A stretch of DNA of 26,623 nucleotides from a virus (Duplodnaviria > Caudoviricetes). A program made the position numbers and the translations under genes. Below the pieces are notes generated by a model, which saw nothing but the letters and a program-made list of their open reading frames with translations, searched no databases and had not been told where the DNA came from. Below are positions 17,742 to 25,600 of this stretch, in pieces; the stretch's first letter is position 1; every line of letters starts with the position of its first letter. The stretch is taken from IMG/VR virus record IMGVR_UViG_3300020045_003977, positions 1 to 26,623 of that record. One strand, 5' to 3'.

Positions 17742-18183
17742 AATGCCCAGTATTAGGAATCGCTAATGTTATTTCAAATCTAAAGCCATCTAAATTAGCA
17801 CCGCCGTAACCGCTTAAAGGCTCGAGCACTGACAACGATTCAATATTTATGTTTTCGTCAATTTCCATTCGTCTAATGTAGTTAATGAACCGTGTACAAA
17901 TAGAATCGCATTCATTTAGATTATCAATCCAATTTTCATCTTCCATTAACTTAGATGGCTTCTCAACTTTTCGATTGTCACGTTGTTGCAGAACGGTAAT
18001 GGTATAATCGTATGTGGCTGTATCATCAACCGATAAATCTTTTTCGTTAAAAGAAATAGCCACCAAAGGATAAATGTTTTCTTTTTTTGTATCGATTAAA
18101 TTAATAGCAGACAACGAAATAGTATTTACCATTTCATCCTGTTGAAATCTGTTTACGATATAGTTTGTTACCGTTGAAAACAT
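17731..18183 (-). CDS. Putative tail terminator-like protein (150 aa)
   Basis: KENIYPLVAI...YTITVL...EPL...NLDGF pattern; acidic; size and position fit. Confidence 0.55.
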   Translation of the reverse strand: MFSTVTNYIVNRFQQDEMVNTISLSAINLIDTKKENIYPLVAISFNEKDLSVDDTATYDYTITVLQQRDNRKVEKPSKLMEDENWIDNLNECDSICTRFINYIRRMEIDENINIESLSVLEPLSGYGGANLDGFRFEITLAIPNTGHCGI

Positions 18184-18320
18184 AATTTATTCGCTTTATA
18201 AAAATACCATCCAAATAATAAAATACTTTTTCTATATCCATTTCTAATACTAAACAAAGCGTGTTCTTTTTTGCAATAGTTTATATTAAATATTCTGAAT
18301 TGTTTTCTTTTGAATTTCAT
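18168..18320 (-). CDS. Small basic hypothetical protein (50 aa)
   Basis: Not in the ORF track. MKFKRKQFRIFNINYCKKEHALFSIRNGYRKSILLFGWYFYKANKLCFQR*; starts 2 nt after the upstream stop with an AATTATG context. Confidence 0.55.
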   Translation of the reverse strand: MKFKRKQFRIFNINYCKKEHALFSIRNGYRKSILLFGWYFYKANKLCFQR

Positions 18321-18322
18321 AA

Positions 18323-18757
18323 TTACTTTATTTGTTCGCACCATTTTTGGTGCAGTAGATAATTTGCCCAGAAAAGAAAGTCTATTACGTTCATTTCAAG
18401 TATTTCGTTTGGCAATTTACGAAAATTAATCGAAACTAAATAAATATTTTGCACGTAACCGCCATACATTTCTGCAAATTCTTTTCTATATTCATCGCCA
18501 ATGGTATTTCCTTCTTTATTCAATGTCGATGGTAGTGGTGGAGGGTTGTAAATAAATTCGTGATTGCCTTTGATTTCGGTTATTTGCAATTCATATTCTT
18601 TGAAGAAATCCAAGTATTCTTCTTGCGTTTCTGGTTTTTCAATTCCTAATATCGCAAAGAATTCTTTTTCGTGTTCATTACTTCCCTGTTCAAACTCTCG
18701 ATAATAATTGTCAATATCTATAAATTCTCCTGCTCTTAAATCTTTTATCCTAAACAT
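18323..18757 (-). CDS. Hypothetical protein downstream of terL, possibly tail-assembly-chaperone-like (144 aa)
   Basis: LRAGEFIDIDNY N-terminus and a helical C-terminus EILEMNVIDFLFWANY. Confidence 0.6.
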   Translation of the reverse strand: MFRIKDLRAGEFIDIDNYYREFEQGSNEHEKEFFAILGIEKPETQEEYLDFFKEYELQITEIKGNHEFIYNPPPLPSTLNKEGNTIGDEYRKEFAEMYGGYVQNIYLVSINFRKLPNEILEMNVIDFLFWANYLLHQKWCEQIK

Positions 18758-20061
18758 AGTGAGGTGTTTGAGTTAATTTCATTGTCATAAATCACATAGC
18801 GAACCGCATCAATTAAGTGGTCGTTACCTTCTTTAGGAGTTTCAACTTTACGTATATCCCAACAATAATTATTGAATTCGTGAATCAGTTCAGTACTGTT
18901 CGGATCAACAATAATTTCAAAGTTTTTAATTGCTTTTATTCCAGGTAATATTGACGAGCCATTTAATCCGCCGCCTTTAAAACATTTTTCAATGTTTAGC
19001 CCAAGATTTTGCAAACGTGTAATATCGTCAATCTTTTGCGCATCAGCTAATATTAATTTCAATCCAACAATATCTTTTATTAAATCGTAAGCATCTTCGG
19101 CAAGAATTCCGCTCTTATAAAGATGTTGCTTGACGTACGCAATGTTTCTTTTGTTGTCGATAGCAACTTCTACCAACGTTATAGGATCGACAAATCCAAA
19201 ATCCATCCCAAAGGTAGTAGGTAGATTGTCGGGGTTGAATTCTCCAATCTCATAATCAAAGATAACTCCTTCGGCAATATCTCGAAATGCTCCAAGAACT
19301 GTATTTTTATAATTCTTTGCTTCTTTAATTATTTTTTTATAGGTTGTTGTTGGATTAGCTAACCAATATTCATAAACCAAACGCAATCTTTCGTAATCGT
19401 TCCAGTTATGAGGTGCCATATTTTCTTTGCCATTGTCTTGGTATGTAGTATGAATGTACATAATGTTTCCAATAATGCCATTAAATCCATCCGGCACGCC
19501 TTGATAAAATTGAGTATAAAGCCAATGGTCTTTTGTTGGTGGGTTAAAAATAATCATTGACAATGATTGCACATCATTTGCACGTATTGAACGTTTAATC
19601 TTTTCCCATTCATCGAACGATGTAAGTTCTTCGCCCTCTTCTGTTACGAATATTGAATAATCTTCAATTGATTTTAATTTAGCAGATTGTTGTCCTGAAC
19701 TTGTTTTTTGTCCTGTAACTGAAATTAAACCATTGCTTGTTTTATGGGTGTAGTCATTATTAGCAAAATTGAAATTATCTGTTATTTGCAATAATTCCAT
19801 TCTGTTATCCAAGGCACGTGTGATTGAGTTGTTTGTAGAACTCATTGTGTAACGAGTATAAAGCACACGATGGTTATAAGAATCTGCAGCCGTTGCAATC
19901 ATTACACCAGCTCCAAATGTTTTTCCTGAATCTCTACCTCCTGAAATCAAAACAATATCAACACCAGCCTCTTCTTTGTATTTTTCGTTGCCGTTTTCAA
20001 ATTCTTTTTTGGCATCCAATAAATAAAAAAGTGGTTCATATTTTTCAGAAAACTTAATCAT
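18745..20061 (-). CDS. terL: Terminase large subunit, PBSX-like (438 aa)
   Basis: Walker A GGRDSGKT, Walker B FVTEEGEE, FNPP coupling motif, nuclease GMDFGFVDP and NDHLIDAVRY. Confidence 0.95.
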   Translation of the reverse strand: MIKFSEKYEPLFYLLDAKKEFENGNEKYKEEAGVDIVLISGGRDSGKTFGAGVMIATAADSYNHRVLYTRYTMSSTNNSITRALDNRMELLQITDNFNFANNDYTHKTSNGLISVTGQKTSSGQQSAKLKSIEDYSIFVTEEGEELTSFDEWEKIKRSIRANDVQSLSMIIFNPPTKDHWLYTQFYQGVPDGFNGIIGNIMYIHTTYQDNGKENMAPHNWNDYERLRLVYEYWLANPTTTYKKIIKEAKNYKNTVLGAFRDIAEGVIFDYEIGEFNPDNLPTTFGMDFGFVDPITLVEVAIDNKRNIAYVKQHLYKSGILAEDAYDLIKDIVGLKLILADAQKIDDITRLQNLGLNIEKCFKGGGLNGSSILPGIKAIKNFEIIVDPNSTELIHEFNNYCWDIRKVETPKEGNDHLIDAVRYVIYDNEINSNTSLCLG

Positions 20062-20330
20062 TTCTTTTCGAATATGATTCTTACTGGTTCTTTTGTAGGT
20101 TTAGTGTTGTCAGTAAAGTCAACTGCTTTTAAAGTAGGTACGCAAAATTTCGATAGTTCGGTAATAGCTTTTATTCTTTCGGATGGTTTAAGCACAAGTA
20201 AATCTTTTTCGATTTGTTCTAAATTATTTTCAATTAATGATTTAAAACTATCTCGAATACTTATTGTGGCTTTGTTTATTGATCCTTTTTGTCTGCCACC
20301 AGTTTTTGGGTCTCCTTTTTCTTTTGGCAT
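20058..20330 (-). CDS. terS: Terminase small subunit (90 aa)
   Basis: KGDPKTGGRQKGSINK N-terminus; ATGA-coupled to terL. Confidence 0.75.
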   Translation of the reverse strand: MPKEKGDPKTGGRQKGSINKATISIRDSFKSLIENNLEQIEKDLLVLKPSERIKAITELSKFCVPTLKAVDFTDNTKPTKEPVRIIFEKK

Positions 20331-20353
20331 TCTATTTTGTTCTATTTTAGATT

Positions 20354-20394
20354 AAAAAACCGCTTTCAATCCTTGAACAAAAATCAAAAGCGGT
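20354..20394 (-). terminator. Intrinsic terminator upstream of terS
   Basis: Minus strand ACCGCTTT...AAAGCGGT stem followed by a U run. Confidence 0.75.
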
Positions 20395-20417
20395 AAAAAT
20401 TAATAGTAATTATGAAT
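20354..20417 (-). ncRNA. Candidate ~60-nt antisense sRNA
   Basis: Promoter-terminator unit whose unpaired 5' part (TTCATAATTACTATTAATTTT) is 19/21 complementary to the nucleotidyltransferase start region (5598-5618). Confidence 0.5.
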
Positions 20418-20419
20418 AG

Positions 20420-20450
20420 CGAAGGTATGGATATTATTTTGAAATTACAA
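20420..20450 (-). promoter_or_regulatory. Bacteroidota sigma-A type promoter (variant)
   Basis: TTG-N20-TACCTTCG, one mismatch to TAnnTTTG. Confidence 0.55.
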
Positions 20451-20603
20451 CATTTCTATATGTTTTAAAAATTCAGATACAAAATTAATAGTTAGTTCTT
20501 TGTCTGATGAATAATATTCCTCATTTTTTGGATCTAATTCTTTTGAATAATCTTTAAGCAGTTCTTCTAATTGTTTAATTGTATATTTTGAATCCATAAT
20601 CAT
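20445..20603 (-). CDS. Hypothetical protein (52 aa)
   Basis: Not in the ORF track. MIMDSKYTIKQLEELLKDYSKELDPKNEEYY...EFLKHIEML*; ATGA-coupled to the upstream gene. Confidence 0.7.
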   Translation of the reverse strand: MIMDSKYTIKQLEELLKDYSKELDPKNEEYYSSDKELTINFVSEFLKHIEML

Positions 20604-20896
20604 TTATTATTTAAGTTAAAAGTTTCGTTTGCTTTTTCGATTGCCATTCCAATAGCTGTATTTCTGTACATAGATTGAAAACCGCAATGCTCTATGTTTG
20701 CTCGATAAGTTCCTTGCATATCGTAATATGGGTCAATTCCAATTCTAATCCCCACCGAGTCAAACCAATCAACTATTAATGCGTTTTGGCAGACTAAAGG
20801 TAAATCATCGAATGGTATATTGTTTAATAAATATTGTTCAGTTGAATTATCGTAACGCTCTCTGAACGCATCAAGGCAATATCCTGTTAGTTTCAT
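20600..20896 (-). CDS. Hypothetical phage protein (98 aa)
   Basis: Coupled ORF; ALIVDWFDSVGI...AIEKANETFN pattern. Confidence 0.8.
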   Translation of the reverse strand: MKLTGYCLDAFRERYDNSTEQYLLNNIPFDDLPLVCQNALIVDWFDSVGIRIGIDPYYDMQGTYRANIEHCGFQSMYRNTAIGMAIEKANETFNLNNK

Positions 20897-21242
20897 AATT
20901 TTATGGTTAATTCGTTATTTGTTAGTGCGTGGTATAGGTTTTGAAATGACTTAAACAAACTGATTGTGTTGTTGCTAAAATTCCATTATCATAAAAACAA
21001 AATTCAATAATTCCGCTTTTATTTTTTCTATAAAAACCATCTAATTCTTTTTCAAAACCCATCTTCAACAACCATTCCTCGGTTAGTGGGATTGGTTTAG
21101 TATGCTCATGTTCTACAAATCTACAATCGGTATCTTCATAAAGAAAATCCCAACCATTGCTATAAATATTGTAAACTTCTTTTATTGATCCATTGCATTC
21201 TACTAAATTACCAATTCTCAAATATTTTGCTTCTAATTTCAT
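20893..21242 (-). pseudogene. Hypothetical phage protein (LRIGNLV...IPLTEEWLLKMGF type) with a 3' frameshift
   Basis: Frame 0 stops at 20922. The -1 frame carries FQNLYHALTNNELTIKL*, whose TGA overlaps the next ATG. Confidence 0.65.
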
Positions 21243-21280
21243 AATTTTATTTTTAAGTGATTAATGTTTTGTTTGTTGGT

Positions 21281-21553
21281 TTATAACTCGATATTGTTAG
21301 GGTAAATTAGACCTTGTTTGTCGTGAAGGCAAAAAGCTATTTTACCTAATTTATTTAATTCGTCAATACGAAATTTTTGCAGTTCCTTAAGAGTATCCTT
21401 TCCTTCTTTGCATTCAATCCAATTATCTTTTTCTCCTAATTTCATACATAATAAATCTGGATAACCATTGTCGGAAAGATTGATTATTTTTAATACTGTC
21501 CATCCGTTAGATTCGTAATTTTTAATCGTCTTAGTTTGAAAGCTTGATGCCAT
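21281..21553 (-). CDS. VRR-NUC domain nuclease/resolvase (90 aa)
   Basis: GYPDLL...WIECK PD-(D/E)XK motif and LQKFR; next to the helicase. Confidence 0.9.
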   Translation of the reverse strand: MASSFQTKTIKNYESNGWTVLKIINLSDNGYPDLLCMKLGEKDNWIECKEGKDTLKELQKFRIDELNKLGKIAFCLHDKQGLIYPNNIEL

Positions 21554-22763
21554 AGTCTTTTTTAAATTGTGATAATGTATAATTTTTTTTACTCATTATC
21601 GATTTGTAAATATAATTTTCAATTCCTTGTTTTGCGAAAATCCAAAATACGTTATTTTCTTTTCTATCCATTGTTGTTAATCTGTCTCTGCTTTGCCAAT
21701 AAGAAGTAGCGGAAAAATCTGGAGTTAAATAAATCAAGTAATCTGCATTTTTCAAACTTATTCCCTCACGTCCTGAAACAATTTGCAAAGCTATGTTTTT
21801 ATCAGTAGTATCGAATGTTTCTAAATCAAAACAAACATCATCACCGTAAAATCCTTTTATCATTTCAAGTTCCATTTGAAACTTATAGAAGATTGCAATC
21901 TTATTGTTTTTAAATTTTTTATCAATGAACACTAATTTAGAATTATCCAAAACAATCCCGTTGCCACTTTCTAAAATAACAGTTCCGGAATAAAGCTGAT
22001 GTAATTTACTCATAAGTTTAACAGCTGTATCTCCTAAAATCATATCGGTAGAACCCTTAAATAATTTATCTTTTTTCAAAGCTTTTGAAATACTATAAAT
22101 TATCGGCTTCATTTCAACCTCTAAAATAGTTTCGTGTACCTTCGTTTCAAATCCTGCTTGTTCCTGTGTGAAAGTAATCATATATTTTTGAGTTAGTTTT
22201 TTAATACGCTCCTGATAGGCATCTGAATAATCATTTACTTCTGCATATCCTAAGTATCGTTTTTTTACGTTAACGTAATCTTTTACCCATTTATAGAAAT
22301 TATTATAATCTTTGAACGGCGTGTAATTCGACAACCAAAACTGATGATAAATTTGCGAGTAACTTTCAGGTGTTGGAGTGCCACTTAAAAAAATCATTGG
22401 TAAATGACTAAACTTTTCTTTTATTATTTTAGTAGCGTTATTTGGTTTAGGAAACGCACCATTTCGATGATGCTCGTCTGATATAATCAAATCGTATTTT
22501 TCTGTTATCTTATGAACACTTTCATTATTTATAACAGTTAATTCGTATTGATAATTTAAAGCCTTGTAATCACTTAAAATTGAATCGATAGCTTTCTTTT
22601 TTGTCAAGAACAAAACATTTAAAGCACCGTATAATTTTGCAGTTTCCAAAGCTATCAAAGTTTTTCCTGTTCGAACCTCACAACAGTAATAAACTATTTT
22701 AAGTTTTTTTAATTTATCACAACCTTCAATTGATAAATCCGTTTGATATTGTCTTAATTCCAT
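21531..22763 (-). CDS. SF2 (SNF2-like) DNA helicase (410 aa)
   Basis: Start reassigned to MELRQYQ (Q motif). EVRTGKT, ISDEHH, LSGTP, SGREGISL and QSRDR motifs. Confidence 0.92.
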   Translation of the reverse strand: MELRQYQTDLSIEGCDKLKKLKIVYYCCEVRTGKTLIALETAKLYGALNVLFLTKKKAIDSILSDYKALNYQYELTVINNESVHKITEKYDLIISDEHHRNGAFPKPNNATKIIKEKFSHLPMIFLSGTPTPESYSQIYHQFWLSNYTPFKDYNNFYKWVKDYVNVKKRYLGYAEVNDYSDAYQERIKKLTQKYMITFTQEQAGFETKVHETILEVEMKPIIYSISKALKKDKLFKGSTDMILGDTAVKLMSKLHQLYSGTVILESGNGIVLDNSKLVFIDKKFKNNKIAIFYKFQMELEMIKGFYGDDVCFDLETFDTTDKNIALQIVSGREGISLKNADYLIYLTPDFSATSYWQSRDRLTTMDRKENNVFWIFAKQGIENYIYKSIMSKKNYTLSQFKKDYGIKLSN

Positions 22764-22783
22764 AATTTTTAAATTTTTTATTA

Positions 22784-23051
22784 CTGTGCACGGTGCACAC
22801 CTCGTGCACACCTGTTTTGCACACCTAAATCCTAACGTTTTCAATACTTAACAAGCTTTTTTACTGTGCATGCACACCTAATCGTATAATATTGTATTTT
22901 TTTTAATTTATTTTTTTTATTTCTATTTTAGCTGTGCACATGTGCATGCACACCTAAAAACCTGTCAACCCTTATAAACACTACATTGTCAATTTTTTTG
23001 TGGTGTGCAAACGCTGTGCATTTTCAAACTCTTTTACCCAGTTTTGCACAC
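22784..23051. repeat. Putative replication origin: TGCACACCT iterons around an AT-rich core
   Basis: TGCACACCT at 22794, 22805, 22818, 22871 and 22947; inverted GGTGTGCA at 23002; CTGTGCA at 22784, 22864, 22932 and 23014; near-pure A/T tract at about 22885-22930. Confidence 0.75.
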
Positions 23052-25323
23052 TTCTACGTGAAATTCCTAATAATTCAGAGGTTTCGCTTCTGTTAAATTC
23101 TGGATTTTCAATCCATATAGCGTTAAGCTTTTCTTTTTCAGATTTTCCTTTATGTTGTCCTAAAGTATTTTTCAATTTACCAACCTCAACAGCATTAATT
23201 TTTATTTTCTTTGCAGTTGCAACAAAGTACTTGCTTAATTTTTCCGCTTTTAATACGCTTTCTTTTGAAATAGCTAATGTATTGCCACCCGAACTAAAAA
23301 ACTCGTCAAAACAATGGATTAAACACGCAAAACGTGGTATGTATGATTTTTGTTTAGGAAGCATTGACTTAAGATATTCATTTTCGTTTTCATCATTTTG
23401 AACTACTGATAATTCATTGAAAATTCTAATCCATTCAACTTTTGCTTCATCAGTAAATTTTGCTGTTAACGATATTATTTCATCATCGGTATTCCTTTTT
23501 ATGATTGACTTCAAAGTATCGTAAAACATAATGATAGATTCCTTGTACCATTTCAAAGTGTCCTCATTCATTTCCTGTTCGTTGTATGAATCAATTTTTA
23601 AATCAGGGAAAGACAAAAGCATCCTATCCATAAACCCATTGTCTTTGTTTTCGTCTGTATAGAATGAATTAAAAATACTCGGTTGTATTCCTCCAAGTAC
23701 TGGAATTAATGGTTTTTCAACAAACGAACCTTTACGGGTCAAACGGTTTAAGTTAACGGATTTTCCGCTCCAGGTAGATAGCCAAAATTCTAAATCAGAT
23801 CCTTCACGGTATTTATTCATATCTTTTAACCAACCTGCCAATTCATCTTTAAACACACCTACTGCATTATCATTTTCCTGATGCAAATCAACCAATGCCT
23901 CTAAAGTAATGTCGTTGGCGATGAATTGTGATTTCCTTGGCTCTTTTACTTCGGGATAATCTTCTTTTTCTTTTTTAGATAACTTTTCGTAGAAGTCAAA
24001 TTTTTCACGCTCTTTTATGTATGTCTTAATTTCTTTAGCATTAATTTTAGTAAGTGGAAAAATAACATTTGAAATACTTGGAGTTTTTCCAAGTCCAGCC
24101 TTACCTACAATTGAAATCCAAACAGTTAAATTTTCAATCCATCCTTTTTTAACCTCAATATTTATAGAGTTGCCAACACATACAGAAATAAGCCAAAGCA
24201 ACGAACAACCCATATAATCAATGGAACTATCCAAAGTTTTATTACATTCTATTAAATAAGCCTGAATGTCTTTTGGGAACACTTCAATAGGAAAAACTAA
24301 ATCCTGTTTATTTATAATTGCAATCGGTTCTTCATTTGAGACTGGAATGTTTTTCTTTAGCTCATTTACGATTCTTTTTAAACGGCTTCCATAACCCTTT
24401 TCGTAAAGCTCTTTAGTGCTTTCTTTAAAATCTGAATTATGATTTTTAATTGTATAAGCGGAAAAAGGAGTTATCAATTTTTCGTGTGGGTAAATAGTGC
24501 CAGTTGAAAATAAATACATAAATCCAGTATCTTTAAAAACATATCCAGAATGTGGAGAAGTCGCACCGTGCCTTTTAATTACATATTTTTTTGAAAGGTT
24601 GCCAACTATTGAAAAATCATCGTTTATAGTTTCGAAAATGTCGTGTTTTGAATTGTAATCATCCCAAGGCGTTATTTCTCCTTCTGAATATTCTACTTTT
24701 TTCTTTACAGGATCAATTGTTTTTTCTTCAATGTGATTGTACATTTTAGAAAAACTCATAATTACAAATCTGTCTTCGTCTGAAATAAAGTCAATTTGAT
24801 GGTAACTTTTTTTAGAAACTTGATTATCGGGATAAACAAAAATATATCCACCGATTCCACGTGTTTCAATTATAGCTTCTTTATGTCCTTTTAATTTAGC
24901 TAACTTTAAATTACCTTCAATTCGTTTTGATTTATAAAGCAAATGATAACCAGCGTTTCTTGTTTTATAAATTACTATTTTATCTTCAAAATCTAAAATG
25001 TTATCCGACAAATAACCAAGGTATTCATCCCAAAACTCCTTTTGTTCTTTGGCAGTTGAAAAAACTTTTAAATCAACATCAACACACTCTAAATAATCAA
25101 ATCCTGTAACTATTCCGAAACGGTCTGTCTTTGGTATTTCGGTAACTTTTCCATCTTTATCTGTCCAAGTTTTACCGCCTTTATAGTTATATTTTTCTAT
25201 AAAAGAGTTCCAAGACTGTTTTTCAGTTTGGCATTTTTTCCAAGTAAAGTTTGGTATTTTATTATCTGAAACTGTAATTAAAGAAAAGTTATCGTAGAAT
25301 AATTTTAGTTTATTTTCTTCCAT
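22981..25323 (-). CDS. Bifunctional primase-polymerase (Prim-Pol) fused to a DUF3987/YfjI-like P-loop domain and C-terminal HTH (780 aa)
   Basis: GIVTG..LECVDVD, KTRNAGYH, IETRGIGGYI; Walker A GKAGLGKT, FKDELAGW, GGIQP, NGFMDR; HTH RSETSELLGISRRSVQNW. Confidence 0.9.
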   Translation of the reverse strand: MEENKLKLFYDNFSLITVSDNKIPNFTWKKCQTEKQSWNSFIEKYNYKGGKTWTDKDGKVTEIPKTDRFGIVTGFDYLECVDVDLKVFSTAKEQKEFWDEYLGYLSDNILDFEDKIVIYKTRNAGYHLLYKSKRIEGNLKLAKLKGHKEAIIETRGIGGYIFVYPDNQVSKKSYHQIDFISDEDRFVIMSFSKMYNHIEEKTIDPVKKKVEYSEGEITPWDDYNSKHDIFETINDDFSIVGNLSKKYVIKRHGATSPHSGYVFKDTGFMYLFSTGTIYPHEKLITPFSAYTIKNHNSDFKESTKELYEKGYGSRLKRIVNELKKNIPVSNEEPIAIINKQDLVFPIEVFPKDIQAYLIECNKTLDSSIDYMGCSLLWLISVCVGNSINIEVKKGWIENLTVWISIVGKAGLGKTPSISNVIFPLTKINAKEIKTYIKEREKFDFYEKLSKKEKEDYPEVKEPRKSQFIANDITLEALVDLHQENDNAVGVFKDELAGWLKDMNKYREGSDLEFWLSTWSGKSVNLNRLTRKGSFVEKPLIPVLGGIQPSIFNSFYTDENKDNGFMDRMLLSFPDLKIDSYNEQEMNEDTLKWYKESIIMFYDTLKSIIKRNTDDEIISLTAKFTDEAKVEWIRIFNELSVVQNDENENEYLKSMLPKQKSYIPRFACLIHCFDEFFSSGGNTLAISKESVLKAEKLSKYFVATAKKIKINAVEVGKLKNTLGQHKGKSEKEKLNAIWIENPEFNRSETSELLGISRRSVQNWVKEFENAQRLHTTKKLTM

Positions 25324-25330
25324 TTTATTA

Positions 25331-25527
25331 ACAATGTTTAGTTTTTATAGCTAAAAATTAAGCTACTTTTATTAAAATACCACCATTTACCGAAACCGTT
25401 TTCAGTTCTCCAGCCTTAACCATTTGGTTAACCCTCGCCCGTGTTACGCCTATTTTTTTAGCGTAATTACTTTGAGTATAAAGGTCTTTTCTTATTTCTT
25501 TTGCCATTTTACAATGTTTAGTTTTTA
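25331..25527. repeat. Perfect 17-bp direct repeat ACAATGTTTAGTTTTTA
   Basis: Copies at 25331-25347 and 25511-25527, each just upstream of a start codon (primase and HTH gene). Confidence 0.85.
25358..25507 (-). CDS. Small winged-HTH/excisionase-like DNA-binding protein (49 aa)
   Basis: Start reassigned to MAKEIRKDLY; TQSNYAKKIGVTRARVNQMVKAGEL is an HTH pattern. Confidence 0.8.
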   Translation of the reverse strand: MAKEIRKDLYTQSNYAKKIGVTRARVNQMVKAGELKTVSVNGGILIKVA

Positions 25528-25570
25528 ATTCAAACAAAAGCCAATAATTAAACTGGATTATTTTGTTATA

Positions 25571-25600
25571 CAAATATACTAATTTATTCAATACTTACAA
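25571..25600 (-). promoter_or_regulatory. Bacteroidota sigma-A type promoter for the replication operon
   Basis: TTG-N19-TATATTTG. Confidence 0.75.

Noticed and set aside
18168-18757. Programmed tail-chaperone (G/GT-type) frameshift
   Set aside because: No convincing slippery heptamer seen near the 18323 stop, and the genes are not adjacent to the tape measure.
20331-20348. Short direct repeat TCTATTTT x2 upstream of terS
   Set aside because: Only 8 bp of AT-rich sequence, which is expected by chance.
20412-20468. Plus-strand 18-aa mini-ORF MNSEGMDIILKLQHFYMF as a type I toxin
   Set aside because: Not a transmembrane-like peptide, no plus-strand promoter, and it overlaps a minus-strand promoter and gene end.
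22764-22844. Cys-rich N-terminal extension of the helicase (CAKQVCTRCAPC) as a zinc finger
   Set aside because: It is the translation of the origin repeats. The Q-motif start MELRQYQ at 22763 is the plausible start.
22784-22960. CRISPR mini-array
   Set aside because: Repeats are 9 bp, irregularly spaced and in both orientations, with no spacer-sized periodicity.
174-25109. All plus-strand ORFs in the track (e.g. 1948-2274, 10437-11051, 23000-23401)
   Set aside because: Antisense shadows of well-supported minus-strand genes, with no motifs or expression signals.
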